Of a stretch of 64,000 bases of DNA, positions 40,603 through 49,818 are shown one piece after another. Location of the stretch: positions 384,001 to 448,000 of the forward strand of contig CAVPIW010000005.1 in NCBI GenBank assembly GCA_963705105.1, written 5' to 3'. The first letter of the stretch is position 1. Each line of letters begins with the position of its first letter. The notes under the pieces were generated by a model. The model had not been told where the DNA came from. It ran no database searches and worked only from the letters and a program-made list of their open reading frames with translations. Origin of the DNA: an uncultured Nitrospiraceae bacterium. GTDB taxonomy: Bacteria; Nitrospirota; Thermodesulfovibrionia; Thermodesulfovibrionales; Dissulfurispiraceae. A program made the translations under genes and the position numbers.

Positions 40603-41425
40603 CTATTTCTTAAAGTACTCCGGGGTGCCGGTGGCCGTCATTTTTGAAGGCCTGTTTGCTCACTTTTAAACGGTGGACCCGGACTCCAGGTCTTTCGCCG
40701 TTCAGCCCGTGCCTGGCATGACCTTGCTGTAATCATACTGGTCGCCGTGGCAGGATGCGCAGGTGTCCTTCGCAACGACGGTTTTGATCTTCTTGCCCTT
40801 GTGAGGCATACTGCAATCATACAACACGGACCTCATTGTTGAAATTTGCTTCACTGGATGTACTCCTGGTATTGCTGGTGGTGTTTGCCTGAGTCGTAGT
40901 AGCCCGTCTTCTTTGCCAAGTCATCGAGGATGAAGATGCACTACAGGTCACCCGTGTATTCCTTTCGAAAGGGTAATCCCGTACGCCGGTGGCATGCCAT
41001 CTTCGGGTAGCAGGTCCCGTCATCCCAGGCTTGAAATCCCGATTCTGGTGCGCGGGAAAGTACGAGCCGCTGCCCTCGCAGGCCACTGTTAGTGTTGTCG
41101 ACATGGGAAGGCCGCAGGGGTCGCTGGACGAGCCAGCAGACCGTGCCTGGGCTGACGACCTCGGCTCCGGGTCCGTGGCAGGCCTCGCAGCCCGTGTTCT
41201 CTTCGATCCACGTTGCCTTCTGTACTTTCATCGCGGCGTCATCTCCATAAGACGCTATCCCGGGCGTGAGGTGAGGCACATGAAGTCCCAGTCGTTCTTC
41301 AGGGAGTTTTCCCATTTGCCCGACACCCGGTTGAACTGCTTGTCCATGAACTGGTGATTTCCCGTCTCGTCGTTCTTCACAAGATAACGCTGCTTCCAGA
41401 ATGAGCCGACGACATAGACGATGGG
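40603..41425 (-). pseudogene. Fragmented multiheme cytochrome c gene
   Basis: Collinear fragments in shifting frames: YVVGSFWKQRY, DWDFMCLT, GCEACHGPG, KHHQQYQEY, broken CxxCH-MPH, CASCHG, MPGTG*, GTPEYFKK*. Confidence 0.8.
40605..40644. repeat. Right copy of the 40-bp imperfect direct repeat
   Basis: ATTTCTTAAAGTACTCCGGGGTGCCGGTGGCCGTCATTTT. Confidence 0.85.
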
Positions 41426-41497
41426 GATTTTTCTTTTTCAGGACATGGCGGCAGACAAACCTTATCATTGCAATAGGACATCCGAAAAGGCAAAGGC

Positions 41498-42022
41498 ATG
41501 ATCATCCTCGTCATCGGCGGCGCCAAGAGCGGCAAGAGCGCCTTTGCCCTCAGACGGGCCGAATCGTTTGAAGGGCGGAAGGCCTACGTCGCCACTGCCG
41601 AACCCCTCGACGACGAGATGAGACTGAGGATCGACAGCCACAGGCTTCAGCGGGGGCCGGACTGGGACACGATCGAGGTGCCGCTGAAGGTAGCCGAGGT
41701 GCTCGACGGGGCTGACGGCAGCCACGGGGCGCTCCTCATCGACTGCCTGACCCTCTGGGTCTCGAATCTCCTCATGAGGGAACAGGACAACGTCGATCCC
41801 GAGTGCGAAATGGAGCGTTTTCTTGAATCGCTCGTCGCCGTCCGCGACAGGGTCGCCACGGCGGTCCTGATTGTGACGAACGAGGTCGGCATGGGCATCG
41901 TCCCCGACAACCCCCTGTCGCGCAGGTTCAGGGATCTTGCGGGACGGCTCAACCAGGCCGTTGCCGAAGTGGCCGACGAAGTCTACTGCGTGATGGCGGG
42001 CATACCGCTGCGGATTAAGTAA
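41498..42022 (+). CDS. cobU: Adenosylcobinamide kinase / cobinamide-phosphate guanylyltransferase
   Basis: GGAKSGKS, EM..RI..H, DCLTLW, NEVGMGIVP. Confidence 0.96.
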   Translation: MIILVIGGAKSGKSAFALRRAESFEGRKAYVATAEPLDDEMRLRIDSHRLQRGPDWDTIEVPLKVAEVLDGADGSHGALLIDCLTLWVSNLLMREQDNVDPECEMERFLESLVAVRDRVATAVLIVTNEVGMGIVPDNPLSRRFRDLAGRLNQAVAEVADEVYCVMAGIPLRIK

Positions 42023-42052
42023 CCGGCATGTTGCACCGGCATGTTGCACCGG

Positions 42053-42250
42053 CTCATTATTGTGAATCCCTTGAAAAAGGCAGGGCCTGCGGTTAGCGGC
42101 GCTGTCTCCGGGAAGGCAGATATGGTTCCGCGTGAAAAGGCGGGGCGCCCCGCCTTCCCGGAGGGCCCTGTCGCAACAATAAGGCAGGCGACTTAATTAC
42201 TGAATTACTTAGTTACTCAATGACTTAGTTACTCAATGACTTAATTACTA
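42053..42250. repeat. Shortened palindromic element plus inverted octamer tract
   Basis: AAAGGCGGGGCGCCCCGCCTT and the inverted family terminus ...CAACAATAAGG; TTAGTTACTCAATGAC repeats. Confidence 0.75.
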
Positions 42251-42270
42251 ATTTTTTTAGGGGAGCGGAC

Positions 42271-43332
42271 ATGGACAGCATCACGCGCACGATAGGTAAT
42301 ATCAGGGGGACGAACGAGGAGTTTTCCGAGATCGCCCAGCGGCACCTCGACAATCTCACCAAACCTCGGGGAAGCCTGGGAAGGCTCGAAGAATTTGCCC
42401 GCCGTCTCGTCACGATCACCGAGAACCGCAGCCCCGTCCTGGACAGGAAGGTCATTTTCACCTTTGCCGGAGACCACGGAGTCACCGACGAGGGCGTCTC
42501 CGCCTATCCCCGCGAGGTGACACGGCAGATGGTCCTCAACTTCCTCCGCGGCGGCGCCGGCATCAATGTCCTTGCCCGTCACGCCGGTGCCGAGGTCGTT
42601 GTCATCGACATCGGTGTCGATTGTGACTTCGGAGATATCGGCGGCCTCATGAAGATGAAGGTCCTGAGGGGGACGGCGAACATGGCCAAGATACCGGCGA
42701 TGACAAGGGATGAGGCCGTCCGGACCGTCGAGATCGGGATCGAGCTCGCCCAGGGGTATGCGAAAAGGGGCTACAAGATCTTCGGCACCGGTGAAATGGG
42801 GATCGGCAACACGACGCCGTCGAGCGCCATAGCGGCCGTGCTGACGGGCAGGCCCGTCTCTGATGTTACCGGGAAGGGCACGGGTATCACCGATGAGGCC
42901 CTGCAGCACAAGGTACGTGTCATCGAGAAGGCCATCGCCGTGAACAGGCCGGACCCGAAAGACCCCATCGATGTGCTCGCGAAGGTGGGCGGCGCCGAGA
43001 TCGGCGGCATTGCGGGGCTCATCCTCGGCGCGGCGGAGCAGAGGATCCCCGTTGTGATCGACGGATTCATCTCCACGGCAGGGGCCCTCATCGCCTTTGC
43101 ACTGGAGCCGAAGACGAAGGAATACATGTTCGCAGCCCATAATTCCGTGGAAATAGGACACCGGATCATGCTCGACGCAATGGCCCTCAGGCCGATCCTC
43201 GACCTCGACATGAGGCTCGGCGAGGGGACCGGCGCAGCCATCGCCATGGCTTTGATCGAGGCAGGCCTGAAGATCTACAAGGAGATGGCGACCTTCGGGG
43301 AGGCCGGAGTTTCAGGGGAGACGAAGAGCTGA
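42271..43332 (+). CDS. cobT: Nicotinate-nucleotide--dimethylbenzimidazole phosphoribosyltransferase
   Basis: [32 protein letters not shown]. Confidence 0.97.
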   Translation: MDSITRTIGNIRGTNEEFSEIAQRHLDNLTKPRGSLGRLEEFARRLVTITENRSPVLDRKVIFTFAGDHGVTDEGVSAYPREVTRQMVLNFLRGGAGINVLARHAGAEVVVIDIGVDCDFGDIGGLMKMKVLRGTANMAKIPAMTRDEAVRTVEIGIELAQGYAKRGYKIFGTGEMGIGNTTPSSAIAAVLTGRPVSDVTGKGTGITDEALQHKVRVIEKAIAVNRPDPKDPIDVLAKVGGAEIGGIAGLILGAAEQRIPVVIDGFISTAGALIAFALEPKTKEYMFAAHNSVEIGHRIMLDAMALRPILDLDMRLGEGTGAAIAMALIEAGLKIYKEMATFGEAGVSGETKS

Positions 43333-43335
43333 GAG

Positions 43336-44148
43336 ATGAGGAGCCTGCTTCTGGCATTCCAGTTCCTGACGATCGTGCCGATCCGCATCAGCGGTGACCT
43401 CACCGAGGGGGACATGGCCAGATCCGCCACGTTCTTCCCGCTCGTCGGCGTCGCCCAGGGGTGCGCTGCCGCCCTTGCCGGCGCCGCTGCCCTGCATGTC
43501 TTTTCCCCCGGGATCGCCGGCGCCTGCGTCATCATCGTCCTCACCCTCAGCAACGGGGGGTTCCACCTCGACGGCATCGCCGACACCTTTGACGCATTAG
43601 CGGTGAAGTCCTCGGGAGATACGGAGAGGGACAGGGCGAGGAGACTGGATGTCATGAAGGACAGCTCGACGGGGGCCATCGGCGTCGTCGCCGTCGTGCT
43701 CACTGTCCTGACGAAATTCCTCTTCCTCCAGGGCCTCTTCACAGAACAGCCCGTTGCCGTGAGCGGCGCTATCGTCGTCCTCATGGCGGCCCTCTCAAAA
43801 TGGTCGATGATCCCCGCCATGTATCACGGCGTGCCGGCGCGGCCCGACGGTCTCGGGCGCATCTTCATCGGTCATGTCTCATTCCCGTCGCTCCTGGCCG
43901 CCTCTTTTATCGTTCTCCTCCTCTTTGCCGCCTCCCGGGGCCTTATTCCGGGCGAACGGTACGGCATGGGAACGGTCATGGCATTCCCTCTCATGGCAGG
44001 GATACTTTACGGATTCAGCTATCTCTGGGTCCGCTTCTGCGAGCGCAGGTTCGGCGGGCTCACGGGCGACACCTTCGGCGCCATGGGGGAGCTTTCGGAA
44101 ATCCTTTTCCTCGCGGTGGCATCGGCATGGTTACGACACTCTTTCTGA
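43336..44148 (+). CDS. cobS: Adenosylcobinamide-GDP ribazoletransferase
   Basis: HLDGIADTFD, MKDS..G, GGLTGD..GA. Confidence 0.95.
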   Translation: MRSLLLAFQFLTIVPIRISGDLTEGDMARSATFFPLVGVAQGCAAALAGAAALHVFSPGIAGACVIIVLTLSNGGFHLDGIADTFDALAVKSSGDTERDRARRLDVMKDSSTGAIGVVAVVLTVLTKFLFLQGLFTEQPVAVSGAIVVLMAALSKWSMIPAMYHGVPARPDGLGRIFIGHVSFPSLLAASFIVLLLFAASRGLIPGERYGMGTVMAFPLMAGILYGFSYLWVRFCERRFGGLTGDTFGAMGELSEILFLAVASAWLRHSF

Positions 44149-44852
44149 TCAGGCACGGCGCAACGGCGGGCGGCAGGAAGAACGCCTATAAGGGGAGCAT
44201 CGACGTGCCTCTCTCCGAAGAGGGAGAGGTCCAGATGACAAGGGCTGCCGCCTTTCTGTCCGGGACGATGAAGACCCTTGCGCGGGAGCGTATGACGAGT
44301 TACCTGAAGGATGTCAACTCCGGGAAAAATGAAGAACAGGGTCTCCGGGATGAACAGGCCGGTGCGTTGTCCGCCGTCTACTGCTCGGACCTCTCGCGGG
44401 CGCGGAAAAGCGCCGGCTATATCGCAGGGCCGTACGGCCTCGATCCCGTTGCTGTGCCGGACCTGAGGGAACGTCACTTCGGCGTCTGGGAGGGCATGAC
44501 CTTCCTCGAGATCCGTGATCTTTATCCCGCTGAATTCGAGGCGTGGGCGAAGGACCCGGTCCGCCACAGCCCGCCGGGAGGCGAGAGCACCCTCGACGTG
44601 AGGGACAGGGTGATAAAGGCCCTCGATGAGATCATGGACCGCCATTGCGGAGCGGGCGGCGCTTCTTCGACGGCCACCAACATCGCCGTCGTCGCCCACG
44701 GAGGCGTCAACAGGATCATCCTCTGCCACATCCTCGGCATTCCGCTGGAGAATGTCTTCAGGATCGAACAGGACCATGCCGCCGTGAACATCATCGAGTT
44801 CTGGGAGAGGTATCCGGTGGTGAAGCTGATAAACGGAGGAGACCGTGGCTAA
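44127..44852 (+). CDS. cobC: Alpha-ribazole phosphatase (histidine phosphatase)
   Basis: IRHG, SDLSRA, LRERHFGVWEG, VAHGG; operon context. Confidence 0.88.
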   Translation: MVTTLFLIRHGATAGGRKNAYKGSIDVPLSEEGEVQMTRAAAFLSGTMKTLARERMTSYLKDVNSGKNEEQGLRDEQAGALSAVYCSDLSRARKSAGYIAGPYGLDPVAVPDLRERHFGVWEGMTFLEIRDLYPAEFEAWAKDPVRHSPPGGESTLDVRDRVIKALDEIMDRHCGAGGASSTATNIAVVAHGGVNRIILCHILGIPLENVFRIEQDHAAVNIIEFWERYPVVKLINGGDRG

Positions 44853-46353
44853 GGCCGTGATGGTGCAGGGGACAGGATCAGGGGCGGGCAAGAGCCTCAT
44901 TGCCGCGGCCCTGTGCCGGGTCTTCAGCGACAGGGGACTCTCCGTCGCTCCTTTCAAATCGCAGAACATGGCCCTCAATTCCTTCATCACCTGCGAAGGC
45001 GGCGAGATCGGCAGGGCCCAGGCCCTTCAGGCAGAGGCGGCACGGCTCGAACCGTCCGTCCATATGAACCCGATCCTCCTGAAGGCCTCCGGCGATATGG
45101 GCTCCCAGGTGATCATCCAGGGCAAGGCCCTGCGCCACATGAAGGCGCAGGAGTATTACGCATACCGAAAGACGGCATGGGAGGCGGTCAGGGATTCCTA
45201 TGAACGGCTGTCCCGCCGGCACGACATCATCGTCATCGAGGGCGCCGGCAGCCCCGCCGAGATCAACCTCATGGACGTGGACATCGTCAATATGGCCGTG
45301 GCGAAGCACGCGAAAGCGCCGGTGCTCCTCGTGGGGGACATCGACAAGGGCGGCGTCTTCGCCTCGCTCTACGGCACGGTGAAACTCCTCGGCAGGGACG
45401 GCAGGTTTGTCCGGGCCTTCATCATCAACAAATTCCGCGGTGATATGGAGATCCTGCGACCGGGCCTCGAGATGATCCGGCAGCGGACGGGCAAGCCTGT
45501 GATCGGCGTTTTGCCCTACATCACGGATATCGGGCTGCCCGAGGAGGACGGCCTCGCCCTGGGCCAGCGGACGGGGATCACACGGCCGTCGCCGGACAGG
45601 CACCCCGTGAAGGTCGCCGTCGTCAGGCTCCGGTACATCTCTAATTTCACCGACTTCGATCCCCTCTTCCACGAAGAGGACGTCGAAATCTCCTACACCC
45701 AGAGCCCGATGGAGATCGAGCACGCCGACTGGGTCATTGTGCCCGGTACGAAAAATACGGTGAAGGACCTGGCCTTTCTCCGCGAAAGGGGTCTCGACGG
45801 GAGCCTCCGGAGGGCCTTTGAAAGGGGTGTGCAGATCACGGGGATATGCGGCGGCTACCAGATGCTGGGCCGGACGATCCTCGATCCCCATTGCGTCGAG
45901 AGCCCCTGCAGGGAGGTCGGGGGACTGGGGCTGCTCAATATCGTGACGACCTTCGAGGCCAGGAAGGTCACTTGCCAGGACACGGCGGTAGCGCTCGGCC
46001 CCGTCGGCGGTCACGAAACAAGGGATGGCGACGGTCTGAAGGGTTATGAGATCCACATGGGAGTGAGCGACGGGGAGATCGGGCTCTTCCGTCTCCACAG
46101 AAAGCCCGGCGAGGCAGAAGTGCCCGACGGTTCGCAGAACAGGAACTGCTGGGGGACCTACCTCCACGGGATCTTCGACAACGACTCCTTCCGGAGGGGA
46201 CTGATCAATGCCCTGAGGGAGAAAAAAGGGACAGCTCCACTGCCGGTCACCGTGAGATACGGCACATTGAAAGAGAAAGCGATCGACAACCTCGCAGGCA
46301 TCGTGCGGGAGCATCTCGACATGGCCTTTATCACGAAAGAGATGGGGTTATGA
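44845..46353 (+). CDS. cbiP: Cobyric acid synthase
   Basis: PFKSQNMALN, EGAGSPAE, ISNFTD, GICGGYQMLG, GTYLHG. Confidence 0.97.
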   Translation: MAKAVMVQGTGSGAGKSLIAAALCRVFSDRGLSVAPFKSQNMALNSFITCEGGEIGRAQALQAEAARLEPSVHMNPILLKASGDMGSQVIIQGKALRHMKAQEYYAYRKTAWEAVRDSYERLSRRHDIIVIEGAGSPAEINLMDVDIVNMAVAKHAKAPVLLVGDIDKGGVFASLYGTVKLLGRDGRFVRAFIINKFRGDMEILRPGLEMIRQRTGKPVIGVLPYITDIGLPEEDGLALGQRTGITRPSPDRHPVKVAVVRLRYISNFTDFDPLFHEEDVEISYTQSPMEIEHADWVIVPGTKNTVKDLAFLRERGLDGSLRRAFERGVQITGICGGYQMLGRTILDPHCVESPCREVGGLGLLNIVTTFEARKVTCQDTAVALGPVGGHETRDGDGLKGYEIHMGVSDGEIGLFRLHRKPGEAEVPDGSQNRNCWGTYLHGIFDNDSFRRGLINALREKKGTAPLPVTVRYGTLKEKAIDNLAGIVREHLDMAFITKEMGL

Positions 46354-47375
46354 CAGAGGCGATCATGAAATCCCTGGAAATCGCCCCGGTGATCCTGATC
46401 CTGGCATTTCTCCTTGACCTCGCCATCGGCGATCCCCGGTGGCTTCCCCACCCCGTGCGGTTCATAGGCGCGGCGATCGCGGGTCTGGAGGTGGTTCTCC
46501 GGAAGGTGTTCCGGAGGCCGGCAGGCGAGCGGGCCGCCGGCGTGCTGCTCGTTCTGCTGATCATTATCCCGGCCTTCGCCGTCACGGCTGCCATTGTGCT
46601 GGCCGCCACTCTCCACCGGTCCGATCCGGCCGCACTTGCCGGATCGGCGGTCCTCGTCTACCTGACGTCGACGACGATCGCAACGCGGGACCTCGTCGAT
46701 TCGGCCCGGCTGGTCATCGACGCCGTCCTGAACAGGGACATCGTCAGCGCCAGGCAGAGACTGTCCATGATCGTCGGGAGGGACACGCAGCACCTCTCCG
46801 AGGAGGCGGTCCTGAGGGCGACCGTCGAGACCGTGGCGGAGAATATCTCCGACGGCGTCATTGCACCCCTCTTTTATCTTGCCGTCGGCGGGCTCCCTCT
46901 CGCCATGACCTACAAGGCCGTGAACACCCTCGACTCGATGGTGGGGTACAAGAACGATCGCTACCTTCACATCGGCCGGGCCTCGGCCCGCCTGGACGAT
47001 GTCGCCAATTTCATCCCTGCACGGATCACGGGGCTCCTCGTCGTCTTTGCCGTATTTCTCCTCACCCTCGCCGGGAAGGCGAAACGTCCGCTGATGGACG
47101 CCCGCCGCGCCCTGACAGTGATGCTCAGGGACGGCAGGAAACACTCCAGTCCGAACAGCGGCATCCCTGAGGCGGCCGTCGCCGGAGGTCTCGGCGTCGT
47201 CCTTGGCGGACCATCCACGTACGGCGGAATCATCGTGGAGAAGCCCTATATCGGCGAAGGCCTGGGCAGGGAATATCTCCCCGCATCCCTGGAGGCGCTC
47301 AGCATCGCCAGGATGACGGCCCTGATCGGCGCCGGCCTCGCTGCCTGTGTCCTGCAGGTGAGGACGATCCTGTGA
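46350..47375 (+). CDS. cbiB: Adenosylcobinamide-phosphate synthase
   Basis: GDP...HPV, IVGRDT, AEN.SD, NTLDSMVGY, SPNSG. Confidence 0.96.
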   Translation: MTEAIMKSLEIAPVILILAFLLDLAIGDPRWLPHPVRFIGAAIAGLEVVLRKVFRRPAGERAAGVLLVLLIIIPAFAVTAAIVLAATLHRSDPAALAGSAVLVYLTSTTIATRDLVDSARLVIDAVLNRDIVSARQRLSMIVGRDTQHLSEEAVLRATVETVAENISDGVIAPLFYLAVGGLPLAMTYKAVNTLDSMVGYKNDRYLHIGRASARLDDVANFIPARITGLLVVFAVFLLTLAGKAKRPLMDARRALTVMLRDGRKHSSPNSGIPEAAVAGGLGVVLGGPSTYGGIIVEKPYIGEGLGREYLPASLEALSIARMTALIGAGLAACVLQVRTIL

Positions 47376-48430
47376 AGGGGCACGGGGGCAACATCTACAG
47401 CGTCGCCCACGAGCTCGGCGTCCCGTCGTCGGAAGTCCTCGACCTGAGCGCATCCATCAATCCCCTCGGCGTGCCCCGGTCTGTGAAAAAGGCGATCATG
47501 CAAGGCATCGCATCGCTCCGCCATTATCCGGACACCGATGTGAAGGCACTGACGTCGCGCATCGCCGGCACCATCGGCGTCGATGCGGCATCGGTCCTCT
47601 GCGGCAACGGGAGCACCGAACTCATCTACGCGGTCGTGAAGGCCCTGCGTCCCCGGCGGGTGCTTATTCCGGCGCCGGCCTTCTCGGAATACGAGCGCGC
47701 CTGCACCGTGAACAGCGACGCCGTCGTGACTCACCTCCCGCTCACGCGGGACGTCGATTTCGATATCGGCGCCGATGAATTCGTCAGGGCCATGGAGGGC
47801 TGCGACATCGCCTTCCTCTGCAATCCCAACAACCCCACGGGGCGGCTCGTGGCGGAAAGAGACCTGATGAGGATCGCCGCAGCCGCCCGGGACATGCGCT
47901 GTTACTTCGTACTCGACGAGGCGTTCATCGACTTCATGCCCGGAGAATCCCTCGTGCGGGAGGTGGCGCAGAATCCGCGGCTCATCGTGCTGAGATCGAT
48001 GACGAAGTTCTACGCCCTGGCGGGGCTGCGGCTCGGATACGGCGTCTTCCCGGAGGAAGCAGCCGGCAGGCTGCTCACGGTGAAGGAGCCCTGGACTGTG
48101 AACACCCTCGCCCAGCTCGCGGGCCTTGCGGCGCTCGACGACGACGCCTATGCGGAAGAAACGCTCCTCGTCATGAAGGAGGCGAAACGCTATGTGGAGA
48201 AGGAACTGACCAGGCTCGGCATCGCGTTCATCCCGTCACCGGCCAACTTCTACCTCCTCAGGATGGACGACGCCCCGGCCGTTATCGCTTCCCTCAGGAG
48301 GGCGGGCATTATGGTGAGGGACTGTTCCAACTTCACCGGCCTCGATCACCGGTACATCAGGATCGCCGTCAAGTCCCGGCGGGACATGCGGCGCTTCTTC
48401 AGGGAGGTCGAACGATGCCGGGGTTTGTGA
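47372..48430 (+). CDS. cobD: Threonine-phosphate decarboxylase
   Basis: HGG, SASINP, CNPNNPTG, DEAF, SMTKFY..AGLRLG. Confidence 0.93.
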   Translation: MKGHGGNIYSVAHELGVPSSEVLDLSASINPLGVPRSVKKAIMQGIASLRHYPDTDVKALTSRIAGTIGVDAASVLCGNGSTELIYAVVKALRPRRVLIPAPAFSEYERACTVNSDAVVTHLPLTRDVDFDIGADEFVRAMEGCDIAFLCNPNNPTGRLVAERDLMRIAAAARDMRCYFVLDEAFIDFMPGESLVREVAQNPRLIVLRSMTKFYALAGLRLGYGVFPEEAAGRLLTVKEPWTVNTLAQLAGLAALDDDAYAEETLLVMKEAKRYVEKELTRLGIAFIPSPANFYLLRMDDAPAVIASLRRAGIMVRDCSNFTGLDHRYIRIAVKSRRDMRRFFREVERCRGL

Positions 48431-49818
48431 TTGCCGGCACGCACAGCGGCTGCGGCAAGACGACGGTGACCCTCGGTCTCCTCGCTGCACTGGTGAAGAG
48501 GGGGCTGTCCGTCCAGCCTTTCAAGGCCGGTCCCGATTTCATCGACCCGGGCCTCCACCGGCTCGTGACGGGAAGGCCGTCGCGTAATCTTGACGTATGG
48601 ATGTGCGGGGAGGATTATGTGCAGGCGTGCTACGGTGAGTATTCCCGACAGGCCGACATATCCGTTGTTGAAGGGGTGATGGGCCTCTACGACGGCGATC
48701 ACGGAACGGCCCGTCTCGCCCGGCTGCTCGAACTTCCCGTCGTCCTTGTCGTCGATGCATACGGGATGGCAGAGAGCGCCGGCGCCGTCGTGAAGGGATT
48801 CACGGAATACGGTGGCAGACCTTCATTCCTGGGGGTGCTTTTCAACCGCGTCGCCTCGGAAAGCCATTTCAGGAGGCTCAAAGACAGCATCGCCGCCGTC
48901 CCGGTGCTCGGATATCTGCCCCGCGACCTCGGTTTCGAAATCCCCCACCGCCATCTCGGGCTCATCGTGGCGGAGGAAAACCCCGTCACGAAGGAACAGA
49001 TCGACAGGCTTGCGGAGACGGTGTTGAGGCACGTCGATGTCGAGAAGATTATACGGGACAGCCGGCAGGCGGCAGCGGACAGGGGAGATGAAACGTTCAC
49101 CATTCAACGTTCACAATTCAACACATCCCCCCCTGCATTGTCCAGTGATGGAAAAGTGACGATCGCCGTCGCCTATGACAGGGCCTTCTGCTTCTATTAC
49201 GAGGACAACCTCGACATGCTGAGAGACGAAGGGGCGGAGATCGCGCTCTTCAGCCCCCTCTCAGACGGCGCCCTCCCTGCCGGGGCGGACGCCCTTTACC
49301 TCGGCGGAGGATACCCGGAGCTCTATGCCGGGGAACTCTCACAAAATGCATCCCTGTTACAGGCAATCCGTGACTGGGCGAAGGCGGACAGGCCCGTCTA
49401 TGCCGAATGCGGCGGGCTCATGTACCTGTCCCGGGGCATACACGATTTCGAGGGGCGTTTTTTCCCCCTGTGCGGTGTCCTGCCCTTTGAGACGGAGATG
49501 AAAACCGGCAGGTCACGACTGGGGTATCGCGCCGTCGAGTTCCGGGAAGACTGTCTGCTGGGACGCAGGGGGGACAGGGCCAGGGGGCACGAGTTCCATT
49601 ACTCCCTGATCAGGCAGGACCGGGATAGACAGAGTGAAGGGGACGATCCGGACATGATTTACAGGGTCAGCGGCGGCAGGGGTGAGGACCGGGATGGCGA
49701 AGGCTACCGGCTCGGCAACACCCTTGCAAGCTACATCCATCTCCATTTCGGGAGCAACGGCGGCATCGCGGCTGCCATGATACGGGCAATCAAGGAGGCG
49801 AGGCACCATGGACAATAA
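48415..49818 (+). CDS. cbiA: Cobyrinate a,c-diamide synthase
   Basis: SGCGKTT, GPDFIDP, EGVMGLYDG, AECGG, HEFHY. Confidence 0.96.
   Translation: MPGFVIAGTHSGCGKTTVTLGLLAALVKRGLSVQPFKAGPDFIDPGLHRLVTGRPSRNLDVWMCGEDYVQACYGEYSRQADISVVEGVMGLYDGDHGTARLARLLELPVVLVVDAYGMAESAGAVVKGFTEYGGRPSFLGVLFNRVASESHFRRLKDSIAAVPVLGYLPRDLGFEIPHRHLGLIVAEENPVTKEQIDRLAETVLRHVDVEKIIRDSRQAAADRGDETFTIQRSQFNTSPPALSSDGKVTIAVAYDRAFCFYYEDNLDMLRDEGAEIALFSPLSDGALPAGADALYLGGGYPELYAGELSQNASLLQAIRDWAKADRPVYAECGGLMYLSRGIHDFEGRFFPLCGVLPFETEMKTGRSRLGYRAVEFREDCLLGRRGDRARGHEFHYSLIRQDRDRQSEGDDPDMIYRVSGGRGEDRDGEGYRLGNTLASYIHLHFGSNGGIAAAMIRAIKEARHHGQ

Noticed and set aside
40941..41468. Intact 175-aa monoheme protein
   Set aside because: Only the segment around GCEACHGPG is in the true frame; it belongs to the fragmented multiheme gene
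42060..42185. Cobalamin riboswitch before cobT (contains GGGAAG)
   Set aside because: The sequence is explained by the palindromic element ends; the other B12-element motifs are not evident
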